Positions 13,359 to 24,030 of a stretch of 64,000 nt of DNA are shown one piece after another. The translations under genes and the position numbers were made by a program. Origin of the DNA: Glaucostegus cemiculus (lineage: Eukaryota); NCBI GenBank assembly GCA_976551045.1, contig CDPCPM010000033.1:2666001-2730000 (forward strand), given 5' to 3'. Numbering within the stretch: the stretch's first letter is position 1; each line of letters begins with the position of its first letter. The notes under the pieces were generated by a model. The model did not search any database. It had not been told where the DNA came from and worked only from the letters and a program-made list of their open reading frames with translations.

Positions 13359-13835
13359 GAATCAGAATCAGTTTTATTGTCACAACCACATATACACACA
13401 CAGTATGCATAGGAGCAAGATACCATCCTCCACAGGTGCACGTCACATTAAATATTAAACAGAAGAGACACACAGACACAAAGACACTGAACAACATTAA
13501 AACCACGAAAATTAAATTAAATTTTGCAGCTTAAATAAATAGTTTTAAAATGAGCGAACTGGCAGCGGACATTTAAAGTGCTGGTGCGTTTCTGAGCGCC
13601 TAGCATCCTTTAGTGTTGGCAGGATAGATGGGGGGATGAGAGAGTTCACAGATCTGATGGCTTGCGGGAAGAAGCTATTACACAGCCTGGTTGTCCTCAC
13701 CTTGATGCATTTGAGCCTTCTTCCAGACGGCAAGAGTGTGAAGAGATGATGGGAGGGATGAGAAGGATCCAACATTATATTTTTGGCCTTCCTAACACAT
13801 CTGGAAGAAAGAGCTTGCATTTCTATGGCTTCTTT
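13359..13835 (-). mobile_element. Rex1/Babar LINE extreme 3' fragment (second subfamily)
   Basis: ORF 13545-13838 KAKNIMLDPSHPSHHLFTLLPSGRRLKCIKVRTTRLCNSFFPQAIR is the Rex/Babar C-terminal signature. Tail reads gtgacaataaaactgattctgattc on the minus strand. Confidence 0.9.
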
Positions 13836-13864
13836 CACTAACCAAGAGGTCTTAGATCAATGAG

Positions 13865-14445
13865 ACATTTTGAAACACTGTTGCAGCTTCAGATTTTTGT
13901 ACTGTTGGAAACACAGCAGCTCACTTGCATAAAGCAAGGTCCAGCAAACATCAATGTGATAAGGATCAGGAAATCTTTCTTTCGAGGCTTTGGCTGAGAG
14001 ATCAATATTGGAGAAGTGCCAGGCTTTCCTTCAGTAATACCATTGGATCTCTAAAGTCCTCTAACATTCCATAATTTAAGATAATCATTCTGCATTTTTA
14101 TCTTCTTTAGTTTTTTTATTAAGTATTTTGCTTCTCACCCCTTTAAGTTCTCCTACTTTTCATTGCGTCACTGACCTTGCCTTTCCCAGTTTTGATGAAA
14201 GGTCAATGACCTGAAAGCTTTGTTCTCTTTTGATGCTCCTTGACATGTTGAATATTTCCAGAATTTTCTGTTTTGTTTGTGTGTGAAGGTTTAACATGTT
14301 ATCTGAAAAAAGCATTCCTGCAATATTTCTTTAGAACTAGACTGATATATCAGCCCGGATGATATGTTTAAGTCCCTGGAGTGGGACTTGAACCTCTGGC
14401 CTCTGGCCTCAGAGGTAAGTGTGCTACCACTGAGCCAAGGTCAAT
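13865..14445 (-). mobile_element. tRNA-derived DeuSINE (SacSINE1-like), interrupted at about 14060-14280
   Basis: Deu-domain-like ggaaacacagcagctcacttgcataaagcaaggtccagcaaacatcaatgtgataa, plus reverse tRNA head agtccctggagtgggacttgaacctc...ctcagaggtaagtgtgctaccactgagccaagg (B box GTTCAAGTCC on the minus strand). Confidence 0.75.
14060..14280 (+). mobile_element. Penelope 3' UTR/pLTR fragment with decayed hammerhead, nested in the DeuSINE
   Basis: cccagtt TTGATGA A AGGTCA A TGACCT GAAA at about 14185-14216, followed by gatgctccttgacatgttgaatatttccagaattttctgtttt. Confidence 0.65.
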
Positions 14446-14929
14446 GCCTTAGTACACTGTACATGGTGAAATGTACATGTTTGCGAGGGTGATTAATAAC
14501 AATTACGTTTTTTTTTAAATAATTATTTCAGTTACAGAATGCTCTGGTTAATTATAGCTCTGAGATCTGTTATTGCAGGCTGTAGGTTAAATGACTCAAG
14601 TGGATGCCATTGTTCATGGGATGAATGTGATGTTCATGTGCTTGTAATTGTGAATTAGCATTTGACAAGCATTACTCCAGACAATGTAAAGTCAAATGCA
14701 GTCAGCTCTGGATTTTTGGCTTACCATAGTAACTAAAACAATAGTTGGTGGCGCTGAACTAATGAATCCTCAGAGATCATTCTGATAGAAAATCTATGCA
14801 GAATGTATTTTGCTGTTTCTGCTAAGAAATTGGACGCCTTTGCACATAGCTTTTATGTGCAATTTGCGCATAAAAGCCATTTTGTTCACATTTGACTGTG
14901 CTAGCCATCATTTCCAGGCCAATTATTGG

Positions 14930-15410
14930 CTGAGAGGAAACTGCCCCAGGCACTTCTAGTTACAATTCATCTTAGTGTATTGGATGTTTACCCAGGGTCA
15001 TCCAGAGATGTCATCTGGCATGTAGTGGACATATCTACATTTAGTGATAGAAATTGACTGTCAAAGGTGCCTCCTATAGCTTGCATCTTTCCATACAGCA
15101 AGGAGCAAACTCCACAGCAATTCCAGCAAACATACATGAACTAAATGGTGTCTACTATTCCTGCCATACTCATTTTTCTGTGCTTCTCTTCTGTTCATGA
15201 GTATCACTGATAATGATTGCAGCATTTCTATATTATGCATCTCAGTGCAAGGTGCTATGAGCCTGCACCTCATGGCAGATGTGTGGATTGCCATGTCAGC
15301 ACATGAGGCATCCCCTACTCCACCATTTTCCATCAATTCTCTGGCACCCTTTCAGGTGACTGTTCTCAAGAGTCGTCCCACTTCATGGAAATGACACTGA
15401 TCTGTGTGCA
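14930..15410 (+). mobile_element. Highly decayed PIF/Harbinger transposase fragment
   Basis: Translations ALLVTIHLSVLDVYPGSSRD..DIS, VQGAMSLH and FSINSL resemble, in order, ALPVAVKVTVALNFYASGSFQ, VQGAIDCTH and FHSINVQ of Harbinger transposases. Parallels 60020-60660. Confidence 0.45.
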
Positions 15411-15899
15411 ATTACTATCAGGAACCACAAGATTAAATTTTACCACAAGATTCAGGGTGCAAAACACATAATTGATTTTTTTCACTGAGTTTTTCACCCA
15501 ATTTTTCCTTTGCAGATCATTGATTGGTGATGGTAATTATCTAGCACAACTAAAAGGTAATGAACTCCATGTTCTAGGCATAGAAACTCCATTTTCTAGG
15601 CATATGTGTTTTTCTCCCCTAATGCTACCTCATTTTCTTTTATCCCTGGTCATCTCTACTGGTTCTGTGGGATATTGCTTCCATGCTTAGCTGTGACCCT
15701 CTGGTATTTCTTTCTTCTTCATCTGTATCCATTAATTACAGCCATATCTACTTGAGGCCTCAGCAAACCCTACACTCTATACAGTTTCATTGAGGATATC
15801 CGGATAAGGAACAGTCGTGGAGTCTGTTAGGTCACAATAATTACCAATGTTATCCTGGCTGAGGTAATTAATACAATCAAAATCAGGCACTGAATATAG

Positions 15900-15937
15900 C
15901 AGTCCTGATGAAAGATCTCGACCCGAAACATTGACTG
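15900..15937 (+). ncRNA. Minimal type-I hammerhead ribozyme motif, probably inactive
   Basis: CAGTC CTGATGA A AGATC TC GACCC GAAA CA TT GACTG. Stem I (cagtc/gactg) and core boxes CUGAUGA and GAAA are intact; stem II has two mismatches and the ACGT stem-III palindrome has become ACAT. Confidence 0.75.
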
Positions 15938-16022
15938 TATTTTTTTCCCTCCATAGATGCTGCCTGACCTGCTGACTTCCTCCAGCGTTTTGTGTGGTTT
16001 GCTCCAGGTTCCAGCATCTGTG
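15900..16022 (+). mobile_element. Solo Penelope pLTR-derived unit beginning at the hammerhead motif
   Basis: Hammerhead motif followed by ccctccatagatgctgcctgacctgctgacttcctccagcgttttgtgtggtttgctccaggttccagcatctg; same family as 43912-44130 and 57080-57353. Confidence 0.85.
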
Positions 16023-16747
16023 TAATTTCATGTCAACTGAATGTAGCATTTTCCTGATTTGCTTTAATTTGTACAGCACACAGCGCATTTGTGGGTGGTA
16101 ACAATAGGTTGGTTTGCGAAGCTGCTTAGTTACTGTGCATGTATCAGTGCATTCTGGATTTACGTATCTGCATGACCACACAGAATGTGCTGGAAATCAG
16201 ATGCGATTTCCCGTCAACTCACTACTGAGTCTGAGTGTCCTCCATAATGCCCTGAACTGAGGGGCTAGATACACTTCATGTCTGTCTCTTCAGTTTTACA
16301 TCACTTATTGAATGGGGTTATTGACTTCAACTAAAGGGGTAAGAGAAGGTAAGTGATTTGCTTCTTTTATCTGAATTAATGTTATTGATTTTAATTAATT
16401 TATATAAGTTGAATGTTTTTATTATTTGATAGTTTGAGCATTTAAATTATTTTCAGCTGATGCTTAGAGGCAGTGGAAATAGCCTTCTATTAGAATGGTC
16501 CAAAGCAGGCTGCTGCGTATTGCAGAATAGGAGCAGCAGAAGCATGACCAATGGGGGACATGTGGCTACTAAAGGTCAATGTGACTGCGTGACATGGGAA
16601 TGTGTGGCATGGCCCAGGTCCAATGCAAATTGGCCCACGTTGTTTATAATATGTTCTGCATTTGGAAACTAAAACGAAGCACAGAGTGCTTTAGATAGAT
16701 ACCGGACAGGTAAAGAGGAAACAGAGAGTAGTTTGCTTACTTCTGGC

Positions 16748-17040
16748 ATAAGAAGAAGTCATTCAGCCCATCAGATCCATGCCAGCTCCTGACAAAGCAA
16801 TCCCATCAATCCCATTACCCCTCTTATTTTCCTGTAGCCCTGCAACTTACTTTCACTCACATACCCGCCGGCTAAGTTACCAGCCATTTCTGGAAGGAAA
16901 CTGGAGCACCTGGCAGAAACCCATTCTGGTCACTGGGGAAACATACAAACTCTACACTGACAGCACCTGAGATCATGACTGAACCCAAGCCTGGAGAGCT
17001 ATGAGGCAGCAACACTACTGCTGTACAACTGTGCCACCCT
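16748..17040 (-). mobile_element. HE1-type V-SINE (tRNA head, V domain, CR1-derived tail)
   Basis: ggaaggaaactggagcacctggcagaaacccattctggtcactggggaaacatacaaactctacactgacagcacctgag...gaaccc...gaggcagcaacactac...gtgccaccc, preceded by the CR1-like tail gtcattcagcccatcagatccatgccagctc. Confidence 0.85.
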
Positions 17041-17449
17041 TTGCTCGCTTGATTCTTCTGTGAATGTTCAATCTCTTTGTAGGTTTAAGTCAAATTTATT
17101 TGAAGCTGCAAATCTGACCTCTCAGTGACCTACATGACTTAATTACCTCCCTATTGTTTTAATCTTTCCATGTACTGTTCAGTCTAACCATAATCAGTAC
17201 ACGGCATCATTGCCTGTAGGAAGTGGAAATAGTTATATTGGGATTTATTAGGAATTAGTAAACTCTACACTGGCATCTTGATGTCTGAAGTATGTGGATT
17301 AAATGCGCAATAAAAATACACATTGGGCATACACATGGACATAAGAGGAGAGGAAGAATCAAACACAAACTGAACGAGTCAGGGATAGCAGCATAGAATT
17401 AAGTATGCAAGCAAATCAGAGAAGCAGTTGCAAAGGACATGTTTAGGAA

Positions 17450-17670
17450 GTGCACTTTCATAGTGAAACCCCACAAAGTAATTCACACACAATGAATTAT
17501 TTCTTGAAGGCTTGTTGCTGCATTGGCAGACAGTATCATAAACCACAGAGGAATAAATTACCAGTTAATATGCTTTTGTTGTTTGTTCTAGTTCATGGAT
17601 AATGTTGGCTAGTGCACCAGGAAAATTCCCTGATTATTCTTTTGGTGATTCTTCAGATCCTTAACCAACT
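17450..17670 (-). mobile_element. Decayed DeuSINE (SacSINE1-like) fragment
   Basis: ccacaaagtaattcacacacaatgaattatttcttgaag...ggataatgttggctagtgcaccaggaaaattccctg; similar to 13865-14050. Confidence 0.5.
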
Positions 17671-17689
17671 ATCTATATCCCCATTTCTA

Positions 17690-18130
17690 GTCATGAGTTG
17701 CTGAAACTGTTTTACCTCTAGGCTTAGCAATTCCAGTGTTCACTTGGCCATCTTCCTAATGCACTACCATCAATAAAACTGAGCTCTGTTAGCTATAGTC
17801 TAACCCATACTATGTCCTGTTGATCCATCACCCTGGTTTCACTAGCCTACATGAGCTTACTGTCTAGCGATTCCTTGATTTTAAATTTTGTCTTTAGATT
17901 CCTGAAGACAGCTTTCTTCCCTACTACTGTAAACTGCTTCAGTTATACAGTTGCACTTCTTTAATTCTGGCCTTACATCTTCTTGAATTTACTGATTTCC
18001 CATTTAGCAGTCAGACCTTCACCTGCTGAGACAGAAACTTTGAATTTTCTTGGAATCTTCTCTACTCTTTCCTCCTTAAAGAACCTTCATTAAGAAGCCT
18101 TCTTAAAGATTATTTCAACCAAGTTTATTC
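17690..18130 (+). mobile_element. L2 LINE 3' fragment
   Basis: ccatcaccctggtttcactagcctacatgagc...ccttgattttaaatttt (decayed HITPxLxxLHWLP..R..FK region) and aattctggcctt...accttcacctgc...accaagttt. Confidence 0.65.
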
Positions 18131-18444
18131 TTCTAAGAATGCTTACACTTGAAAAGTATTTTAGTGGATATGAAGCAAAGTGACTACTTTGGGACAACCT
18201 GAAAACATAAAAAGTGCTATGTGAATGCAAATGTTCTTTTATTTCTGATCTATCTGAATTTCTCCTATATGAGTCAATGTCAACTTTTATGTGATAGTGG
18301 TCCTGTGAAATGTCTAATACATAAGGCATTATATTAGAATGCCAGAGGTTAAGATGAAGGAATTTAAGACTTAGAGGGGTAGAGATTCTCCTTGAGCATT
18401 TGTGGAAAATGGACAGTATAAAATTCTCAACCATGTTATAGAAA

Positions 18445-18560
18445 AGCAAAAAAAAAGTTGCATATGCTGAAAATCTGAAGTAAAACCAGAAAATATTCAA
18501 CAGTTCAAGCAGCATCAGTGAAGGGAGAAACTTGTGATTAATCTTTGTTTGATTGACTTC
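18445..18560 (-). mobile_element. Decayed Penelope pLTR-derived fragment
   Basis: tgcatatgctgaaaatctgaagtaaaaccagaaaatattcaacagttcaagcagcatcagtgaagggagaaa. Confidence 0.6.
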
Positions 18561-21047
18561 TTCCATGTGCACTATGAGAGCTTTCAATCTTAGCAGAGTT
18601 TCTGTTTCTAAGAATCCAGCAGTAGAAGATTGCAACCTTCTAGTTCAGTGTGCTCTATTGCACAATATTGCTCTCTATTAAAATCAAAATGACAATGGCA
18701 TCTGAATACTTGGCTTATTAGTACACATCAACTGCATGTTATGCAAGAGAATATTTCACAGGAAGATGCTTCAATACCTTAATTTTAACTCTGTCACCTA
18801 TTCCAACAATGTCTGATTCATGGATGCAGTTTCAGGTTGACACCTGAATGATCAAATCTCATGATGGTTCTTCTGAATTTCACACACACTGCATCATAAA
18901 AATGTTGTTTGTATTGCTCCTCACTTCCTGATGGCCTTGTATCTGAATGAAATACCCATGTTTATATGGTGCAATGATAAATGTCGAATAGCATACGGCA
19001 AGGGTAAATAAGAAACTAAACTTTTCATCAGAAGATCACCCTTCAATTATATACATGTTCATAATATGTGTATAGGCATATGTATATGAACATACATAAT
19101 TGAAGGGTGGTTTATATAAGACATCCAGGATTTGACAACAATCTCTTGAATTTAAGTGACAAATCTAAAAGTAGGTCTGCAATTTATAGACAAGTGTGAT
19201 TTATAATTTGGATTTCATGGCATTTCCTTTGATCCATTTTCAATTCCAAAAGTTGACTGTTAACAACTGGAAGTAATAATAACTTGGTCTCCATCATTGA
19301 ACACCACTGTTGCCAAGCTATTTTCCCCACTTGTAACGGATGGTTCTCTGTATGATTGCTACTTTCAAATTCCAGAGCAAAAACTCTGAACAGTGAATCT
19401 TGGAAAATTTTATTGGGGTTCTGCATTCATCATTTGGTTTAATATAGTTGAAAGTCAGATTAACCTTATCCTTTGGAAGCATTTTTTAGTTACTTCAGGT
19501 AAAATCAAGTAAGAGATGCTCAATTGAGAATCACCTATTTTCTGTTCTGTGACAACTTGGACACGAGTTAGTCTGTTTCTTCTATGTTCAGCAAATCATA
19601 TTCTAAGTCACATAACAAATATCTTCATTAAGTGGCCAGAAAGCTCGACAGTTAACAGCTCCCTGGTGGGATGACTGAATAGACATATTGGGAGGAATGG
19701 AGGAAGGGGGAAATTGGTTTTTGTTGGTGATGAGTAGTCACTAATCTCCCAATAGTCCCAAATATCCTACTGGATGCCAATCAAATTATCAGAGACTGGA
19801 ACTCATCTTTTCATTCCACTGCCTCAAGAAGGGTTGAAGCCAAACCTTCTGATGCAGGTGGAATAACTACTACACAGGCAAAGTTCATTCCACTTCAGAA
19901 TAATGACATACTGTTAGTCCCAATGCATTTGAGACTAAAAAAGGTTAATCTGACCATAATATTTTGGTAAATTATTAATCTGAACTCAGTGTTGGAAGGC
20001 AGATTCTATTTGAATGATAAGGCTTCTTGGTGAAAACAGAATATGACATCAATATTTTATAAAATTCTACTGGGTGACCAATGACTAGGTACAGTCATGG
20101 CAATATGTTATCATTGCTCATTAATATATTTTGCGGGAAGTAACTTGTTAACCTTTAAGGTGATACACTGGAAAAGAGTAATGATGTTTTTATTAATAGC
20201 TCTGTACTTATGTGACATAAAATAACACTTTTGGAAGTTATAAGTGAGATGTTTGCATGCAGGCATTAATATTAGTGCAAAATTATATACGTTATATAGG
20301 AGAGTTACATGTGATTGCTACAAGATAAGCATGAGACTTCTCCGCAATATACATAAATATTAGTGTAAGAAAGAATTATTAAGACATTGAAATGTGATGG
20401 GGAAGGAGAATGTGACTGAAGAGGAACTTCCATCATTTTGAATAAAAACATTTTACCAGATTCTGAGTCCTGCATAAATGGAAACATTTATTTAATGGAT
20501 GGTCTAAGCTTAGAGATAACAAAACAGGAAAAATAGTAATTTGAAGAGCACAGTCTTTACGAAATGTGGAGCTTGTCATAATCCCATCATTCATCATTTT
20601 ATGACTCATAAGTTGTCTCAGGACTGAAGGACATAGCAATTTATGTCTACTGGTCTGTTTTACAATATTCCCCGCTACCTAGAATCAATGACATCCTCAA
20701 TCATACAATTAAGCTAAAACAAAATACTTTCAAGCCAGCATAATGAGTTAATTGTTCATCATATTAAGTTACAAGATAAATAAATCAGTGATATGTTCTT
20801 AACTGGAACTGTGTTCTAAGTGACGGTTTTCAGTTTGAATCTGACGAGGGCAAATGTATAGAATATGATTCATTCTCATGACTGATAAGCTATTCTTTGA
20901 AAATAGTTAACCTAATAACGTAGTACCACAAATGCCTAAAGAGGCTTTGACGTTTTAGCTGTGAAAGGAGAATGCAAGAAATGTAATGAAATTTCTACAA
21001 TCTGTCATGTGAGTAGTAGTTCTTCATAGATGGGACACCTTACACAT

Positions 21048-21805
21048 GGGGGCCTAGAAATTCATCTGAGTGTGCGCTGGAAGTTTTTAGAGGTCACAGA
21101 AAAATCTGAAGTAGTGAACAATTACAAGGACCTGCGTTGATCCCAAACGCAAGGACAGTGTCAATGTCAAACTCAGACTCCTTGCCTCAGGATCCTCTGG
21201 TGCTGTTGATGTACACTGCTCATGATGCTGTTCTACTCACTGCTGCACTGTAGAATTCAAAAATAACTCCATCAGCAAAGTGCGGAGCTCTCCTTGTTTA
21301 ATGAAAGTGACTTGTGTGTTCATATTGGGGAGGGGCATTTTGGCTGCAAGGCTCCCAAAAGTGCAGGCATTCATTCTCATGCTCTTTTTGACATCTCTCT
21401 GACAACTTCCTTTAATGAATGTGCTTTGCATAACGAGACTGCCTTCTGTCTACACTACTTGCAGAACCTATTGTAGGTTCCTTTGTCTCCTCAGAGAACT
21501 CAGACTCCTGCCTCCTATTACTGTAGTACACACTCATTCCTGAACAATTCTCTCCAGTAGTGGAATTGTGGTGTGACACTTTAAGGGCTACTTGTGTTCA
21601 GAGCTGTTGGACAGACAGACTAATGCTAAAAACTCAATCCCTAAGGCCCACTTTTCTTTAAGTAGAGTATCTGCCAACCCTGATTTGGAAATGGAACTGA
21701 CAAATTTTGTCATTTTTTTAAAAAGGCTCTTTCAAATAGCATTACAGAAATTGCTAACACCATTTCACTGCCAAAAAAAATGGTGGGGAAGAAATTCTAG
21801 GCTGC
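21048..21805 (+). mobile_element. Probable internally deleted PIF/Harbinger element
   Basis: Inverted termini gcctagaaattc (21052-21063) and gaaattctaggc (21791-21802), 11/12 match. Internal CLMKVTCVF and AARLPKVQAFI weakly resemble CIREVTxAL and IAGFPKVQGAI. Confidence 0.45.
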
Positions 21806-21909
21806 GTGCTTTTTAGACATTTTTGGATATTTTTAGATCAAGTGTGGCATCAGATGGAACATTTCTTCCCACTCAATGGTGCAATGTCTCCCAGAGATTT
21901 AGTACATTT

Positions 21910-22700
21910 TTTTTAGTATGTACTCATGGCATGTGGGAACACTGGGAAGTGTAACCTTCAATACCCATTCCAAATTGCCCTTGAAAAGATGGCAGTGAGT
22001 CATCTTCTTGAATTGTTGCAGTCTGTGAGCTCCCACAGCCCTGTTGGATATGGAGTTTCAGGGTTTTGTTTCACCAGCAATGGTTGAGGGAATGGCTGTT
22101 GTTTTAGATACCCCTCAAGTATACAGCTTTGTCCAGGATTGTATCAAGCTTCTTAAATGCTGCAGTAGTTGCAATCATCCTTGCATTGGGAGTGTATTCC
22201 CTCATAATTCCAAGTTGTATTTTGTAAATAAATGGAAAGGCATTCAGGAATCAGAAGATGTATCATTTGAAGCAGGTAACCCAATTTCTGACTTGCTATT
22301 GCAGCAGTTGTATTTTGTGTGGTTATTCCAATCATATTTCAGCTCAACAGTGGTCCTTGGGGTATGGATGCTGCACAGTTTGGGGGATGATAATGCAGCT
22401 GAATATCTAGGTTGACTCTTTCTTGATGGAGATGATCATTGCCTAGCACCTGTACATCTTGAATGTTACTTGCCACTTCCCTGCCACTACCTGATTAATG
22501 ACTAAGCCTTCCTACATTTGGGCATGGACTGCAATTATCAGCTCATGTTTCCACTTTAGAACTTCTGATGGAGGGAAGGTCTTTGATGAAGGTTGTTAGT
22601 CCTATGAAATTGCCCTGAGGAACTTGTGCTGCTACAGTTTGATGGTTGTGATGACTGACATTAAAAAGGATATCCTTCTTCCTATTAATCCAACCAGTTT
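21910..22700 (-). mobile_element. CR1/L2-superclade LINE 3' portion with internal deletions (same family as 4400-5560)
   Basis: Shared blocks aattgcccttgaaaagatggcagtgag, ggagatgatcattgcctagcac...tgttacttgccac and gatggagggaaggtctttgatgaag. Minus ORF 22543-22815 contains VPQG..IG.TTFIKDLPSIRSSKV. Confidence 0.82.
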
Positions 22701-23229
22701 CCTCTTCCTTTCCCATTGACCTCAGTTCTACCAGATTGTAAAACAACTCATTTAGCAAGAAGTAGAAAATCATGCTAATTCTAAGAGCATTGTTATAGGA
22801 CATGGCTATTGTCAATGATCACACCAAATATGAAAAGCTGATACATCCCACAAAGAGCTTAAATCAATGTAATGTGCCAAATGTAAAAGACCCTGAAACA
22901 CTTAAAAATGACCTTGCATCCTATTTCATATTAAGAAAAACTTCACTGTAGACCTATTTAACATTAACAAAGTGTCTTTCATTTGAAAGCACAGATCCTT
23001 GAACTGTTTCCATGATACCTTGAAATATGATTCCTCCTGAGAACTCTTTACATCTATGAAGCAGCTTAGTGCTGATGTTATCCCTGAAGACCATTTAGCC
23101 AACAATTATCAACCTTTTTTTCTTCACTCAAAGGAATGAATGCCATAACAGGAAGGGAGCAAAACCTCAAAGATAGAGTGCTGGCCAATCTTCATCTTCT
23201 GACACATTGAGGGACCTGCTTAAGATTTC

Positions 23230-23380
23230 CTCATGTCATTGTGTGGAAAGTGAAATGTGATCAAATTGCTATTGAAGATGGTTCATGTGCTTTGTTGAGT
23301 TGATGTAGTTGGACTATCTAAGGCACACTGGCACACATTTCAAAAAGCCTTTGACTGAAGTAATACGAAGGCTAGCCCTT
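23230..23380 (+). mobile_element. Very decayed CR1 RT fragment
   Basis: tttcaaaaagcctttgac translates FQKAFD (DFQKAFD motif), preceded by gttgatgtagtt (VDVV). Confidence 0.4.
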
Positions 23381-23869
23381 ATATTCCAGTCAATAGAAAG
23401 GCACTTACAACACTCACAAGATGCACTTGAAAATAGACTGGAACAAAATGGTTTCAGTTCCAGTGGGCAAATTGAACACACACTGAATTTGTTTTCAAGG
23501 CATTTGAGAGCCCATGGTTAGCCTCACCCTATTACTCAGACCCAAACAGTACTGTAAGGCATTGTGAAATTCTCAATGCTTCAGATTTGTACCCACAACA
23601 TACACTGAAAGCTGGGCCCTCACATGTGGTAGGATTCAACTCCTGGCACAATGTTCCAATCTGGATTGCAGATGATGAAGTTACTCTTTGGATTCATTTG
23701 AAGAAATAAACTCAGATGAGTGTCACTGCTGGCTACTGCCAGGGATAGTTTTGTTGCCATACATAACCATCTGGATGCATGCTGTTGTGAACTTCAAATG
23801 TAACGGCATCTACCCTTTAAGTCAAGAGTTAGTGACCTCCATGTAACCAAGATAATATTTGCTTGTTTA

Positions 23870-24030
23870 CACAGAGTCCAACAGTCCCTCATGAACCTGA
23901 ACTTAATGCTGAATCCAATTTGATTGCTCTGTGGCAAAACTCTTTTACCTTCTGGAAGATGCATCTACCTTCTTTTTGCACACCCTGGGCTGGATTCGAA
24001 ACCAGGTCTTAGTCAACTGCGCCACCTAGC
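23870..24030 (-). mobile_element. tRNA-derived SINE 5' part, LF-SINE-like
   Basis: ctgggctggattcgaaaccagg (B box GGTTTCGAATCC on minus) and caactgcgccacctagc (A-box region). Upstream cagtccctcatgaacctgaact...ccaatttgatt resembles the LF-SINE body as I recall it. Confidence 0.45.

Noticed and set aside
18090-18635. Longest ORF in the track (181 aa, minus strand)
   Set aside because: Runs across a Penelope pLTR remnant and the end of an L2 fragment; AT-biased composition and no protein motif.
20847-20880. CTGACGA as a possible extra hammerhead core
   Set aside because: No stem II and no GAAA box. Isolated CTGATGA hits near 3130, 28050 and 28861 fail for the same reason.
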